Below are positions 26,096-34,995 of a stretch of 64,000 nucleotides of DNA, piece by piece. The stretch's first letter is position 1, and every line of letters begins with the position of its first letter. Source of the stretch: Dehalococcoidia bacterium (lineage in GTDB: Bacteria; Chloroflexota; Dehalococcoidia; Lucifugimonadales; JAGWBF01); contig CBDDDW010000016.1 of NCBI GenBank assembly GCA_965226805.1, forward strand, positions 9,393 to 73,392, written 5' to 3'. The notes under the pieces were generated by a model. The model was not told the origin of the DNA. It searched no databases and was given only the letters and a program-made list of their open reading frames with translations. Both the position numbers and the translations under genes were made by a program.

Positions 26096-28279
26096 TCAGG
26101 GATGTCTCTGTTCGCCGGCTGAGACCAACAGGTCCTGTCGTTCGCCCCATTTCTTGAGGAAGCGCTTGAAGTTCTTGGCGCTGAGCTGGTCCCGCTCCGC
26201 CTCTCCAAGGCTGGCCCATTGACGGTGTTCGTGCCTGACCATTGGGAGGCTGGTGTCGGCCACTATTCTGAACCCTTGCTCCTTGAACTGGAAGCTGAAG
26301 TCGAGATCGAGGTTTCGGTAGAAGCGGAAGGTCTCCCTCATGAGCCCCACTTTCGGCAGGAGCTCTCGTCGGAAGGCCAGGCAGTACGCTTGCATGGCGT
26401 CTACATCGCCTGCTTCCCCATCCTCGTTGAAGTGGCGCACGTCGGGGGTTGTCAATCCCCAAGGGCCCACTACACCGACGGACTCATCCTCCAGCCACGT
26501 CGCCAAGGGGCCAAGAATGTCCCCCAGTATTTCTACAGACGTGTCAAGCACTACGACCGTCCTGCCTACACACTGCTTGAGGCCGATGTTTTTGGCCGCC
26601 CCCTCGCCCAGGACGTGGTCGCAGTGGAATACTCTTACGTGGTCGCGTCCTGCTAACAGCTCCTCGATCCACTCGGGAGTCCCGTCGGTGGAGCCGTTAT
26701 CCACTATTATGAGTTCCGTCGAGTAGCCTTCGGCCCACTTCAGTATGCTTTCGATGCATCGTTTTGCGTCATTCAAGTAGTTGCAGGCGGTCACCACAAA
26801 GGAGAAATCCACCTGCGAAGGTGCGCTCAGATTTGACGCCGCCTCTTTAGAGGATGACAACGCCCTCCAGCGCTCTCGTTGCTTCTCCAAGACCGTCTTG
26901 GGGCGAACCCTCGTGCCGTCTGGTGTGTCCCCGAGGAGGTAACCGCTGCCTGAAAGCTCCGTTCGCAGACCGTCGGCCGTCTCGAATTCGGACTTGCTCC
27001 GCAGCGTGTGCCTTGCTTCCACTGTGGCCCGCACCGGCTGGGACAACTCGTAGCTGGAGGGCACATCCGCGAGGCCTAGGCCCATTATCTCGTCGAATTT
27101 CAATAGCAAGCTCAGCTTCGCCTGGCCGGGGAGGTCCGAACGCACCATCTTCCAGGTGAGGCTCAAGACTCCAGGGAGGTCAAGATCGTCATTCAGGACC
27201 TGCTCAAACCGGTCCTGCCACTCCGGCTCGCTCGCGGTCGGCGCTCCGACGGGAGGCAGTTGCCGCCACACCCACACGCGGTCCCGGAGGCCAGTGAGGG
27301 CTCGCTCCGCCCCCCTCAGGGAGGAGAAGGTGAAGTTCATGCGGTGCCTGTAACGTACGGTCATACATAGATATCGAAAAGCCAACGGGTCAAAGCCCTT
27401 CTGCGCCAGGTCGTGAAGGATAAACTCGTTCCCGGCGGATTTGGCCATCTTCACGCCGTCGGCCAGCAAGTGCTGGCCGTGAACCCAGTGCCGGACGAAA
27501 GGTACACCAAAAGCGGCCTCGCTCTGGGCTATCTCGCCCTCGTGGTGCGGGAAGATGTTGTCGACGCCTCCAGTGTGCAGGTCAAGCTGCTCGCCCATGT
27601 ATTTGGTGGACATGGCGGAGCACTCTATGTGCCAGCCGGGAAAACCCTCTCCCCACGGGCTGTCCCATTTCATCTCGCGGTCTGGCTCCGCCCCTTTCCA
27701 GAGCGTGAAATCCCGTGGGTTTCTCTTCAGGGGGTCCACCTCCGCCCTCACGCCTTCCATCAGCCCTTCTTGTATGTTGCCGGATAGCTTACCGTAATCG
27801 GAGAACTTGCTCACGTCGAAGTACACGTTGTCTCCAGCCTGGTAGGCGCAACCGTTATCAAACAGACGCTGAATTATGGCGATCATTTCCTGTATGTGGT
27901 CGGTAGCCCTCGGGAAGTGGGTAGCCTGGAGAATGTTCAGCTTGTGCTCATCCTCGTGAAAGGCCTGTGCGTAAAAGTCGGCTATCTGTCGAGGAGTTTT
28001 GCCCTCGGCGAGAGCAGCGAGAATCACCTTGTCTCCACCAGTATCCAGCATCTCCTGACGCATGTGGCCTACGTCGGTAATGTTCTTGATCTGGGTTATC
28101 TGGTATCCCTGCCCTTGCAGCACCCGCCTTATCCAGTCGGCCATCAGGTAAGTGCGGAGGTTGCCGATATGGGCGTGGCGGTACACGGTAGGACCGCAGG
28201 TGTACATACGGACGACCAGCGGTTCGAGAGTGGAGATCTCTTCAACTCTCTTGCTGAGGGTGTTGTAGATGCGAAGCAA
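26096..28279 (-). CDS. cysS: Cysteine--tRNA ligase (complete class I CysRS, aa 1-~490) fused to a C-terminal GT2 glycosyltransferase domain (aa ~492-727).
   Basis: CysRS signatures: 'MYTCGPTVYRHAHIGNLRTY' (HIGN), 'WHIECSAM', 'HTGGVDNIFPHHEGE', 'VKMAKSAGN' (KMSKS), and an anticodon-domain-like 'ARHTLRSKSEFETADGLRTEL..GYLLGDTPDGTRVR'. GT2 signatures: 'FSFVVTACN', 'IIVDNGSTDGT' and 'VVVLDTS'. The start codon is TTG. Confidence 0.85.
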   Translation of the reverse strand: MLRIYNTLSKRVEEISTLEPLVVRMYTCGPTVYRHAHIGNLRTYLMADWIRRVLQGQGYQITQIKNITDVGHMRQEMLDTGGDKVILAALAEGKTPRQIADFYAQAFHEDEHKLNILQATHFPRATDHIQEMIAIIQRLFDNGCAYQAGDNVYFDVSKFSDYGKLSGNIQEGLMEGVRAEVDPLKRNPRDFTLWKGAEPDREMKWDSPWGEGFPGWHIECSAMSTKYMGEQLDLHTGGVDNIFPHHEGEIAQSEAAFGVPFVRHWVHGQHLLADGVKMAKSAGNEFILHDLAQKGFDPLAFRYLCMTVRYRHRMNFTFSSLRGAERALTGLRDRVWVWRQLPPVGAPTASEPEWQDRFEQVLNDDLDLPGVLSLTWKMVRSDLPGQAKLSLLLKFDEIMGLGLADVPSSYELSQPVRATVEARHTLRSKSEFETADGLRTELSGSGYLLGDTPDGTRVRPKTVLEKQRERWRALSSSKEAASNLSAPSQVDFSFVVTACNYLNDAKRCIESILKWAEGYSTELIIVDNGSTDGTPEWIEELLAGRDHVRVFHCDHVLGEGAAKNIGLKQCVGRTVVVLDTSVEILGDILGPLATWLEDESVGVVGPWGLTTPDVRHFNEDGEAGDVDAMQAYCLAFRRELLPKVGLMRETFRFYRNLDLDFSFQFKEQGFRIVADTSLPMVRHEHRQWASLGEAERDQLSAKNFKRFLKKWGERQDLLVSAGEQRHP

Positions 28280-28353
28280 AAAGCCATCCCCGCGTGGATT
28301 TCCCTACGAAGATTTTATCACGTGCGCCCCGGATGCACCAATGCCCATAATCG

Positions 28354-28382
28354 TTGACATAGGTCATCGGCGTATCTACAAT
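28354..28382 (+). promoter_or_regulatory. Sigma70-type promoter: TTGACA, 17-nt spacer, TACAAT.
   Basis: A perfect -35 is at 28354..28359 and the -10 at 28377..28382, just upstream of the 28408 CDS. Confidence 0.5.
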
Positions 28383-28407
28383 CCTAAGCAGAGCCGAGAT
28401 TCCCCCG

Positions 28408-29124
28408 ATGATGGTGTCTGTTATGACTACAGTGAGGCAGCTTTACGAGCTCCAAGAGCTGGATCAGGAGATAGCTCAGGTCCAAAGCAGCATCTCCTCG
28501 ATCGATGGCGAGCTTGGCGACCGCACGGCGATTGAGGTTATGAAATCAGACCTGGAAGAGCAAGGTGCGTCGCTGCGGGATTTCAAGCTGCAACGGAGAG
28601 GCGAGGAGCTTGAAGCGGACTCGGTCAGGCAAAAGGTGACGGACATCGAGGACAAACTCTATGGCGGTAGTGTAAAGAGCGTGCGGGAGCTCGAAAGCGG
28701 CCAGAAAGAGGTCCTCTTCATCAAAGAGCAGCTGGGGAAATTGGACGAGCAACTCCTTGAGACAATGATGGTCTTTGAGGAAGCGCAAGCAAGGCTTAAA
28801 TCCATGGAGGGTGCCCTGGCCCAAGCTGAAAAGGGCTGGAAGACTCGGCAGGGGGAGCTGAGCCGAGAACGGCATACTTTGGAGGCTACTCTACCCAGTT
28901 TGCAGGCGCGTCGCCAGGATTTCGTTTCCCGCGTAGGTCAGCGCGACCTGGTGTTGTACGAGGGTCTTAGGTCTTCCAAGGCCGGACAGGCCATCGCCAA
29001 GGTAGAGCGGGGCCTGTGCCGAGGTTGCCGGATGGCCCTCCCAACTCACCAGCTCCAGCGCGCGAGGCTGGGGCGGGAAACGGTACTCTGTAACAGCTGC
29101 GGACGAATCCTTTTCGTCAGCTGA
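28408..29124 (+). CDS. COG1579-type coiled-coil protein with a C-terminal C4 zinc ribbon.
   Basis: 'LYELQELDQEI' starts a long heptad-rich region, followed by 'CRGCRMALP…CNSCGRILF'. Confidence 0.7.
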   Translation: MMVSVMTTVRQLYELQELDQEIAQVQSSISSIDGELGDRTAIEVMKSDLEEQGASLRDFKLQRRGEELEADSVRQKVTDIEDKLYGGSVKSVRELESGQKEVLFIKEQLGKLDEQLLETMMVFEEAQARLKSMEGALAQAEKGWKTRQGELSRERHTLEATLPSLQARRQDFVSRVGQRDLVLYEGLRSSKAGQAIAKVERGLCRGCRMALPTHQLQRARLGRETVLCNSCGRILFVS

Positions 29125-29208
29125 GCCGGACCCTGGGCCAGCCATAAGGGCGCACGGCAGGCACTCCGCTCACTCCCGACGGGCGAGATCCATTGAGGTC
29201 CGAATTTC

Positions 29209-29238
29209 TTGACCCTCCTCACTGGCGTGTGCTAAGGT
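29209..29238 (+). promoter_or_regulatory. Possible promoter of rnpB: TTGACC, 18-nt spacer, TAAGGT.
   Basis: The position fits a transcript start near 29245. The -10 is weak. Confidence 0.3.
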
Positions 29239-29244
29239 TCCATT

Positions 29245-29675
29245 GGGCCAGGTAGGCCGGGTGACCGCTGCCCTGATGATTCAGGGGAGAGGAAAGTCCG
29301 GGCTCCACTGGGCAGGGTGCTGGGTAACTCCCAGGCTCCGCGATGGCGCATTCGCCTCGTCGTGGGGACGGAAAGTGGCACAGAAACGATACCGCCCCGT
29401 AGGCCCTTGGGCCGAAAGGGTAAGGGTGAAATCGTGCGGCAAGAGCGCACGGCCTACCGTGGTGACACGGAGGCGGCTAAACCCCACCTGGAGCAAGGCC
29501 GAATAGGGGGACTATGGGCGCCCGGCCCGTCCCCGGGTTGGCTGCTTGAGTCCGGCGGAAACGCCGGACCTAGAGAGATGGTCGCCGCCCCGAAGACCGG
29601 TGTTGGAATCTCCCTAGCGGAGCTTTCAATGGTCCTCTCGGGGTACAGAACCCGGCTTACAGGTCTACTTGGCCC
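29245..29675 (+). ncRNA. rnpB: RNase P RNA, bacterial type A.
   Basis: Universally conserved 'AGGAAAGTCCGGGC' (29290..29303), 'GGGTGAAATCGTGCGGCAAGAGCGCAC', and 'ACAGAACCCGGCTTA' (29645..29659). P1 pairing joins GGGCCAGGTAG (5') and CTACTTGGCCC (3'). End positions are accurate to about 5 nt. Confidence 0.9.
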
Positions 29676-29731
29676 ATCATTTAGCTAGCGACGACAACAT
29701 AATAGTCACGGGAGAGGCTCAACAACCCTAT

Positions 29732-30430
29732 ATGTACGTAGATATGCACTGCCACTCCGTGTCTTCCGACGACTCCAGGGCCACGGTTGAGCAGTATTTG
29801 AAGTGGATTCAGGTGCTCCGAAAGCGTGGACACACCATAGATGCAATCGTACTTACGGAGCACCGCAAGTTCGATCTGGATGCCGACTATTCAGCCCTGG
29901 GCCGGCCATATGAAATCCTGGTCTTGAAAGGCTCAGAGCTGGATACCCTTCACGGCCACTTCCTGGTATATGGAGTCACGGCAGGGCTGCTCAACGCCGT
30001 CGACTTCTCCGAGGTCAACATGGACCCCTTCCGTCTTATGAAAGAGGCTAGGGATCATGGGGCGTTAGCGGTCCCGGCCCACCCTGGGAGGCCGGGGGTA
30101 GGGCTGTGCGAGTACATGGATACTGGGATCGAGTTCTCCGACGTTCACATCGTGGAGACCCTCAACGGGGGCAGCCGCAAAGGTGAGAACGAAAGGGCCC
30201 TGCTCATGGCCCAGGAGTTGGGGTTCCAGGGGATTGGTGGCAGCGATGCCCATCTGGTGAGCTCCATCGCCTCCTGCTTGACCGAATTCAAGGCCAGGAT
30301 TCGTAGCGAAGAGGATCTGGTGGACGCCCTTTTGTCCTGGGAGTACGTCCCGGTAAGGCTGGATGAGGCCGGACTTGGACCGGCGACAAAGGGAGCCAAC
30401 GGGCGAGGCGGCCACGGCAATGGAGCTTGA
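29732..30430 (+). CDS. PHP-domain metallophosphoesterase (CehA/McbA-like).
   Basis: 'YVDMHCHSVSSDD', 'TEHRKF', 'AHPGR' and 'GGSDAH'. The ORF-track start at 29669 (TTG) would overlap rnpB, so I chose the ATG at 29732. Confidence 0.7.
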   Translation: MYVDMHCHSVSSDDSRATVEQYLKWIQVLRKRGHTIDAIVLTEHRKFDLDADYSALGRPYEILVLKGSELDTLHGHFLVYGVTAGLLNAVDFSEVNMDPFRLMKEARDHGALAVPAHPGRPGVGLCEYMDTGIEFSDVHIVETLNGGSRKGENERALLMAQELGFQGIGGSDAHLVSSIASCLTEFKARIRSEEDLVDALLSWEYVPVRLDEAGLGPATKGANGRGGHGNGA

Positions 30431-30863
30431 ATACGATAGGTCCCTCCTGGGTCAAGAGCACCACTCAGGCCCCTTCCTGGTTACGGAAGAGCTGATCCGA
30501 GAGTTCTGCGATTCCATCGGCGATCCCAATCCCCTCTACATCGATGAGGCGGCCGCGAAGGCGGCGGGATACAGGTCCGTTATTGCACCACCCACGCTGT
30601 GTGTTATGTTTGTTCGGGAGGAGAGCCGGCCCGATATTAGTCTGAAATTTGGGAGGATGATATTCAACGCCGGGCAGGTCGTCAGGCCTCTGACGCCGGT
30701 CCTGGCAGGGGACCGACTGACAGCGTCCACATGCCTCAAGGAGGTGTATCCCAAGACCGGTCGTACGGGCACGATGGTGTTTGTCGTATGGGAGACAATC
30801 TTCACTAATGAGAACGGTGAGAGGGTGGCCGAAGTGCAAGATTCCCATGTAGCTAGAGAGTAG
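30420..30863 (+). CDS. MaoC-family dehydratase, N-terminal-domain type (HadA-like hot-dog subunit).
   Basis: 'LIREFCDSIGDPNPLYIDEAAAKAAGYRSVIAPPT'. The ATG at 30420 overlaps the PHP gene stop by 11 nt. Confidence 0.65.
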   Translation: MELEYDRSLLGQEHHSGPFLVTEELIREFCDSIGDPNPLYIDEAAAKAAGYRSVIAPPTLCVMFVREESRPDISLKFGRMIFNAGQVVRPLTPVLAGDRLTASTCLKEVYPKTGRTGTMVFVVWETIFTNENGERVAEVQDSHVARE

Positions 30864-30866
30864 ATT

Positions 30867-31304
30867 GTGACAGTGCGGAAGATTCGCTATTACGAAGACA
30901 TTGAGATCGGGGAGGAGATCGGACCCCTCGAAAAAACCGTTAACTCGGGCGCCGTGGCTGCCTTCTGTAAGGTGTGGGGAAATCCTATTCCAAACCGCTT
31001 TACCGACCCGGAAATAGCGAAACAGGTGCGCCTTTCCGGCCCGATTGTGCCGGGCAATATGACTCTGGCTATGATGGCCCAGCTCCTCGTCGACTGGTCG
31101 CCTAATGTCGCGCTCAAGCTTTTGGATGTGGTGCATAGGCAGCCGGTTCCTCACGGCAGGATGCTCATCACAGGGCTCGTGACCGATAAGCGGTATGAAA
31201 ACGCCGAGTATCTCCTTGAGTGCGACATGCGCTTATCCAATGAGGAGCACGGCACAATGATAGGGGGAAGAGCCGTCGTCACTCTAACCAGCCGCCAGGG
31301 GTGA
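30867..31304 (+). CDS. MaoC-like (R)-specific enoyl-CoA hydratase/dehydratase hot-dog subunit (HadB-like).
   Basis: 145 aa with hot-dog-fold length and pattern. It is adjacent to the N-terminal-type partner, an arrangement typical of heterodimeric dehydratases. Confidence 0.6.
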   Translation: MTVRKIRYYEDIEIGEEIGPLEKTVNSGAVAAFCKVWGNPIPNRFTDPEIAKQVRLSGPIVPGNMTLAMMAQLLVDWSPNVALKLLDVVHRQPVPHGRMLITGLVTDKRYENAEYLLECDMRLSNEEHGTMIGGRAVVTLTSRQG

Positions 31305-31392
31305 TCTCCTAAGGCTTCACCCCGGGCCTACGGCCGGCCCTCTCCCACTGCCAGTCCGGGGAGGGAATGCGGTTGATCATCGGGAGGTTTCT

Positions 31393-32235
31393 TTGGCAAG
31401 GAACCTTGTGTCCGGCATGTTGAGGGAAGGTCTGTACACCCGGGCCGTGGGTAAAAGGATCTTCTACCATCGCCGGATCTCGTCCACGATGGACGAGGCG
31501 GAGCGGCTCGCCATTGGGGGGGTCGAAGAAGGCGCGGTCATCCTGTCCGAGGAGCAGACTGGAGGCCGGGGTCGGTTTCAGCGCCAGTGGATATCGCAGC
31601 CGGGAAACTTGTATGTATCCATCGTGCTGCGACCTTCTCTCCAGGGTCTCCCCTACGTCAGCATGATATGCGGGGTAGCCGCCGCCCGGGCCATAAGGAA
31701 GAGCACAGGCCTAATGCCCACCATCAAGTGGCCCAACGACGTGAGGATAGGAGGTAAAAAGGTCTGCGGAATCCTGGTCCAGAACACTCTCCAGGACAAC
31801 CATGTCCAGTACGCCATCGTCGGTATAGGAGTCAACGTATCCCTTGATCCGATTGCCGTCGGCCTCGGAGACATAGCCACCAGCCTGAACATCGAGGCAG
31901 GAAGGACCGTAGACCGCCAGGCGCTATTGCGGCGCCTGCTTCAGGAGCTGGACGACGTCTACCTGCCTCTACGCGGGCCCCTCGGCGTCACCTCTTCGAC
32001 AGACCCACGGAACGCTTCGCGGGACCCCACCCTCGAAGGGGCGATAAGCGAGTGGCGCAGCCTGTTGGAGACTCTGGGCCAACGGGTGACAGTAAGATGG
32101 GGGGAAGAGGTCTACAGTGGCCTCGCCGAGGACGTGGACGGCGTGGGGAACCTCCTGCTGAGGACGCCAGACGGCGGGCTGCTGACCCTCCCGGCTGGCG
32201 AGGTCACTTCCCGGACAGAGGCCTCGGACAACTAG
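31393..32235 (+). CDS. birA: Biotin--[acetyl-CoA-carboxylase] ligase (class I, no HTH domain).
   Basis: 'EEQTGGRGRFQRQWISQPGNLYVSIVLRP' and 'KWPNDVRIGGKKVCGILVQ'. Confidence 0.85.
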   Translation: MARNLVSGMLREGLYTRAVGKRIFYHRRISSTMDEAERLAIGGVEEGAVILSEEQTGGRGRFQRQWISQPGNLYVSIVLRPSLQGLPYVSMICGVAAARAIRKSTGLMPTIKWPNDVRIGGKKVCGILVQNTLQDNHVQYAIVGIGVNVSLDPIAVGLGDIATSLNIEAGRTVDRQALLRRLLQELDDVYLPLRGPLGVTSSTDPRNASRDPTLEGAISEWRSLLETLGQRVTVRWGEEVYSGLAEDVDGVGNLLLRTPDGGLLTLPAGEVTSRTEASDN

Positions 32236-32315
32236 GAGATGGTGTTAAGTGTACCCTCTCTCTGTTCCGTATCTCCGCCATCTTGGTGTACAATATCGCT
32301 TTGTAACTAAAGAAC

Positions 32316-32406
32316 GTCATTCTGAGGAAGCGAAGCGGCCGAAGAATCTAGGACACTTGACGGGCAGGGACTGATCGTCCCAGCCCTTCCGGTTCAGTGT
32401 GACAAG
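32316..32406. repeat. REP/MITE-like imperfect hairpin (family A left arm, family D right arm).
   Basis: 'gtcattctgaggaagcgaagcggccgaagaatctagg' … 'cccttccggttcagtgtgacaag'. It has the same architecture as 25141..25199. Confidence 0.65.
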
Positions 32407-32436
32407 AGGAAGACCTGCACATCGCGCTGAATAACG

Positions 32437-33900
32437 ATGTTTTCACGTATGGAAAAGCTAAGGCAACTCACGGGAATGCGAGACCTCCCTCAGGAGTACT
32501 GGCGGCGGTTGACGTCGTGCCAGGACAGTCTGCGGGATTTCCTTGCCCTTCACGGCTACCAGGTCCTTGAAACCCCAGTCATAGAGCCTACGGAGCTCTT
32601 CTTGCGCAAGTCCGGCGGCGAGCTGGGCGCCCGCATGTACAACTTCATCGATCCCGGCGGCAACCAGGTGAGCCTTCGTCCGGAGTACACCGCTTCCATC
32701 GTAAGGCGTTACCTCCAAGACGACTCACCGGGCCCCCTGCCCATGCGGGTCCAGTACGCGGGTCCCGTCTTCCGCTACCAGGAGGACACCAGGGCCAGCC
32801 GTCAGTTCACCCAGGTGGGCGCCGAGCTCTTGGGCTCGTCCAGTCCTCGAGCTGATGCGGAAGTGCTTGTCATTAGCTGCGCGGCCCTCTCAGGTCTCGG
32901 CTTGAGCGGCCTGCGCCTCGAGCTGGGAGACCTGGGCGTTTTGCGCCTGCTTCTGGAATCGCTGGACCTTTCCGAGCGGGCGATCGTGTTCATAATGAGC
33001 AGCATGTCTGACCTGAAGGCAGGGGAAGTGGGACTTGCCAGAGCACGGGAGAGAGCGTCTCAGCTTCGGCTCCTGGCGACGGACTCCCGGCAGAGCGATC
33101 TCAGCAACGCGATCTCAGGTATGGGTGAGGAGAAGGCCAGAGAGCTGCTGCGTGGCTTTCTGGAGTGGTCCGGCGGCGGCGATCCGGGCCAGCGGGACCG
33201 TTCTGAAGTGGTGGAGCGGCTCCTCCGGAAATTGCGCGGGACCGAAGACCCGGCGAAACTGCAGAGCGGGCTCAACTTGGCTTGTGAGTTTGCGAGGGTC
33301 ACAGGTGAGCCCGAAAGCTGCCTATCCGAAGCTGAGAACCTAATACGGTCTTGGGGGTTGAGCCCTTCGATACTCGACCGACTCAAGCGCGTAATATCGC
33401 TTCTAAACGATGGGCAGGTAGATGCGCATGATTGTGAGGTTGTACTGGACTTGGGGCTTGCAAGGGGCCTGGCCTACTATACCGGAATAGTCTTCGAGAT
33501 TAAGCACCCCTCTATCGAGTCCTCCCTCGGGGGCGGCGGCAGATACGATGGTCTGGCGAAAGCCCTGGGTGGCCCGTCAAACGTTCCAGCTCTCGGTTTC
33601 GCTTATACCCTCGAGCATGTGCTGGACGCCATCGGCCGGTCGGCCGGATCTCCTCGCGGCCGCGCAGACGCATGGAATCGTGTACTCATGCGGCCCGAAA
33701 GTGACGAGGCCTATCAGCTGGCCCTACAGATGGCGGGAGAGCTGCGAGACAAAGGGACTCCCGTGGAAATGGAGGTCTGCGGCATGGGCATGGAGGAATG
33801 CCTGACATATGCCAAGGCCAGTGGTATTAACGAAGTGATCTCGGTTGACAGGGAGGGGAAAAGTACTTCCCGCAGGGTCCAGGCTGGGCCCGCGCAGTAG
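32437..33900 (+). CDS. Class II HisRS-like protein: either histidine--tRNA ligase or its paralog HisZ (ATP-PRT regulatory subunit). The assignment is ambiguous.
   Basis: 'LRPEYTASIVRRY', 'FRYQEDTRASRQFTQVGAELLG' and 'GGGGRYDGL'. A C-terminal anticodon-binding-like domain is present. It lies directly upstream of hisG. Confidence 0.7.
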   Translation: MFSRMEKLRQLTGMRDLPQEYWRRLTSCQDSLRDFLALHGYQVLETPVIEPTELFLRKSGGELGARMYNFIDPGGNQVSLRPEYTASIVRRYLQDDSPGPLPMRVQYAGPVFRYQEDTRASRQFTQVGAELLGSSSPRADAEVLVISCAALSGLGLSGLRLELGDLGVLRLLLESLDLSERAIVFIMSSMSDLKAGEVGLARARERASQLRLLATDSRQSDLSNAISGMGEEKARELLRGFLEWSGGGDPGQRDRSEVVERLLRKLRGTEDPAKLQSGLNLACEFARVTGEPESCLSEAENLIRSWGLSPSILDRLKRVISLLNDGQVDAHDCEVVLDLGLARGLAYYTGIVFEIKHPSIESSLGGGGRYDGLAKALGGPSNVPALGFAYTLEHVLDAIGRSAGSPRGRADAWNRVLMRPESDEAYQLALQMAGELRDKGTPVEMEVCGMGMEECLTYAKASGINEVISVDREGKSTSRRVQAGPAQ

Positions 33901-33914
33901 TCGCTTCCAGCACT

Positions 33915-34994
33915 ATGGAATTCAAATCGTCGACACATTCGCCCCGCCCTCTGGGGTTCACCCAGGCTGATTCATTGCCACCGAAAGCAGGGGATGGATT
34001 AAGGCTCGCGCTTCCAAGCGACGGAGACCTGTACGAGCCGTCCCTCGCTTTTCTACGCTCCTGCGGTATCGCCGTAGACCGGCCCAGCGCCCGTCGCTAT
34101 ACGGCTCGAATACCGGCCCTACCCGGTGTCGCCGTGCTGTTTCAGCGGACCGCGGATATTACCCAGAAGGTCGAGGAAGGGAGTGCGGATCTGGGGATTA
34201 CGGGAGTGGACCGCCTCATGGAGTTTCGCCATGAGGCCAGCCCCGTTCTGGCCATCATCGAGGATCTGGGCTTCGGCCATTGCGAGCTGGTGCTGGCCGT
34301 TCCGGACTCATGGATCGACGTGCTGTCTTTGGACGACGTGGCCGACCTGGCCCTCGAGTTTAGGAACGATGGCCGGCAGCTGCGCATCGCGACCAAGTAC
34401 CCTCGGTTGCTGAGCAAATACCTGTTCAGAAGCGGGATCAACTACTTTTCCGCGGTGCAGGCCAGCGGTTCCCTGGAAGCGGCCCCTCTTGCCGGCTACG
34501 CCGATCTGATTGCCGACCTTACCGCCAGCGGCGCCACCCTGCGGGAGAATCGTCTCAAGACCATAAGCGACGGCACCATCCTGGCATCCCAGGCCTGCCT
34601 TATAGGGAGCCGTGAGACCCTTGGAAAGGCGCCCGGGAAATTAGAGCAGGCTCGGATGCTGCTGGAGATCGTCGAGGGCAATCTTCGAGCGGACTCGTAT
34701 CATCGAATCACTGCCAACGTCAGAGGGTCATCACCCGAAGTGGTGAGCGCCGGCATTCTCAGCAGGCCTGAGCTGGCCGGGCTACAGGGCCCCACGATCT
34801 CGAAGGTGTATAATGTGGAGGAACAGGACTGGTACTCGGTGAGCCTGGTCGTGCCCAGAGAAGGCTTACTTGATGCGGTGGACCATTTAAGGCAGGTAGG
34901 GGGGGTGGATATTTCCGCCTCCCAAGTGAGCTATCTCTTCAAAGACCAATGCCAGGCCTACGCTAACCTTCTCGAATCCCTCGAAGAGAATTGA
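33915..34994 (+). CDS. hisG: ATP phosphoribosyltransferase, long form (with C-terminal HisG_C regulatory domain).
   Basis: 'LRLALPSDGDL', 'DLGITGVD' and 'LIADLTASGATLRENRL'. The C-terminal 'ITANVRG…GPTISKVY…WYSVSLVVP' is also present. The start may instead be the TTG at 33975. Confidence 0.85.
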   Translation: MEFKSSTHSPRPLGFTQADSLPPKAGDGLRLALPSDGDLYEPSLAFLRSCGIAVDRPSARRYTARIPALPGVAVLFQRTADITQKVEEGSADLGITGVDRLMEFRHEASPVLAIIEDLGFGHCELVLAVPDSWIDVLSLDDVADLALEFRNDGRQLRIATKYPRLLSKYLFRSGINYFSAVQASGSLEAAPLAGYADLIADLTASGATLRENRLKTISDGTILASQACLIGSRETLGKAPGKLEQARMLLEIVEGNLRADSYHRITANVRGSSPEVVSAGILSRPELAGLQGPTISKVYNVEEQDWYSVSLVVPREGLLDAVDHLRQVGGVDISASQVSYLFKDQCQAYANLLESLEEN

Positions 34995-34995
34995 T

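Noticed and set aside
29232-29688. Four small ORFs (72-123 aa) on both strands at 29232-29688.
   Set aside because: The region is RNase P RNA (conserved CR-I and CR-V strings and P1 pairing), so the ORFs are artefacts.
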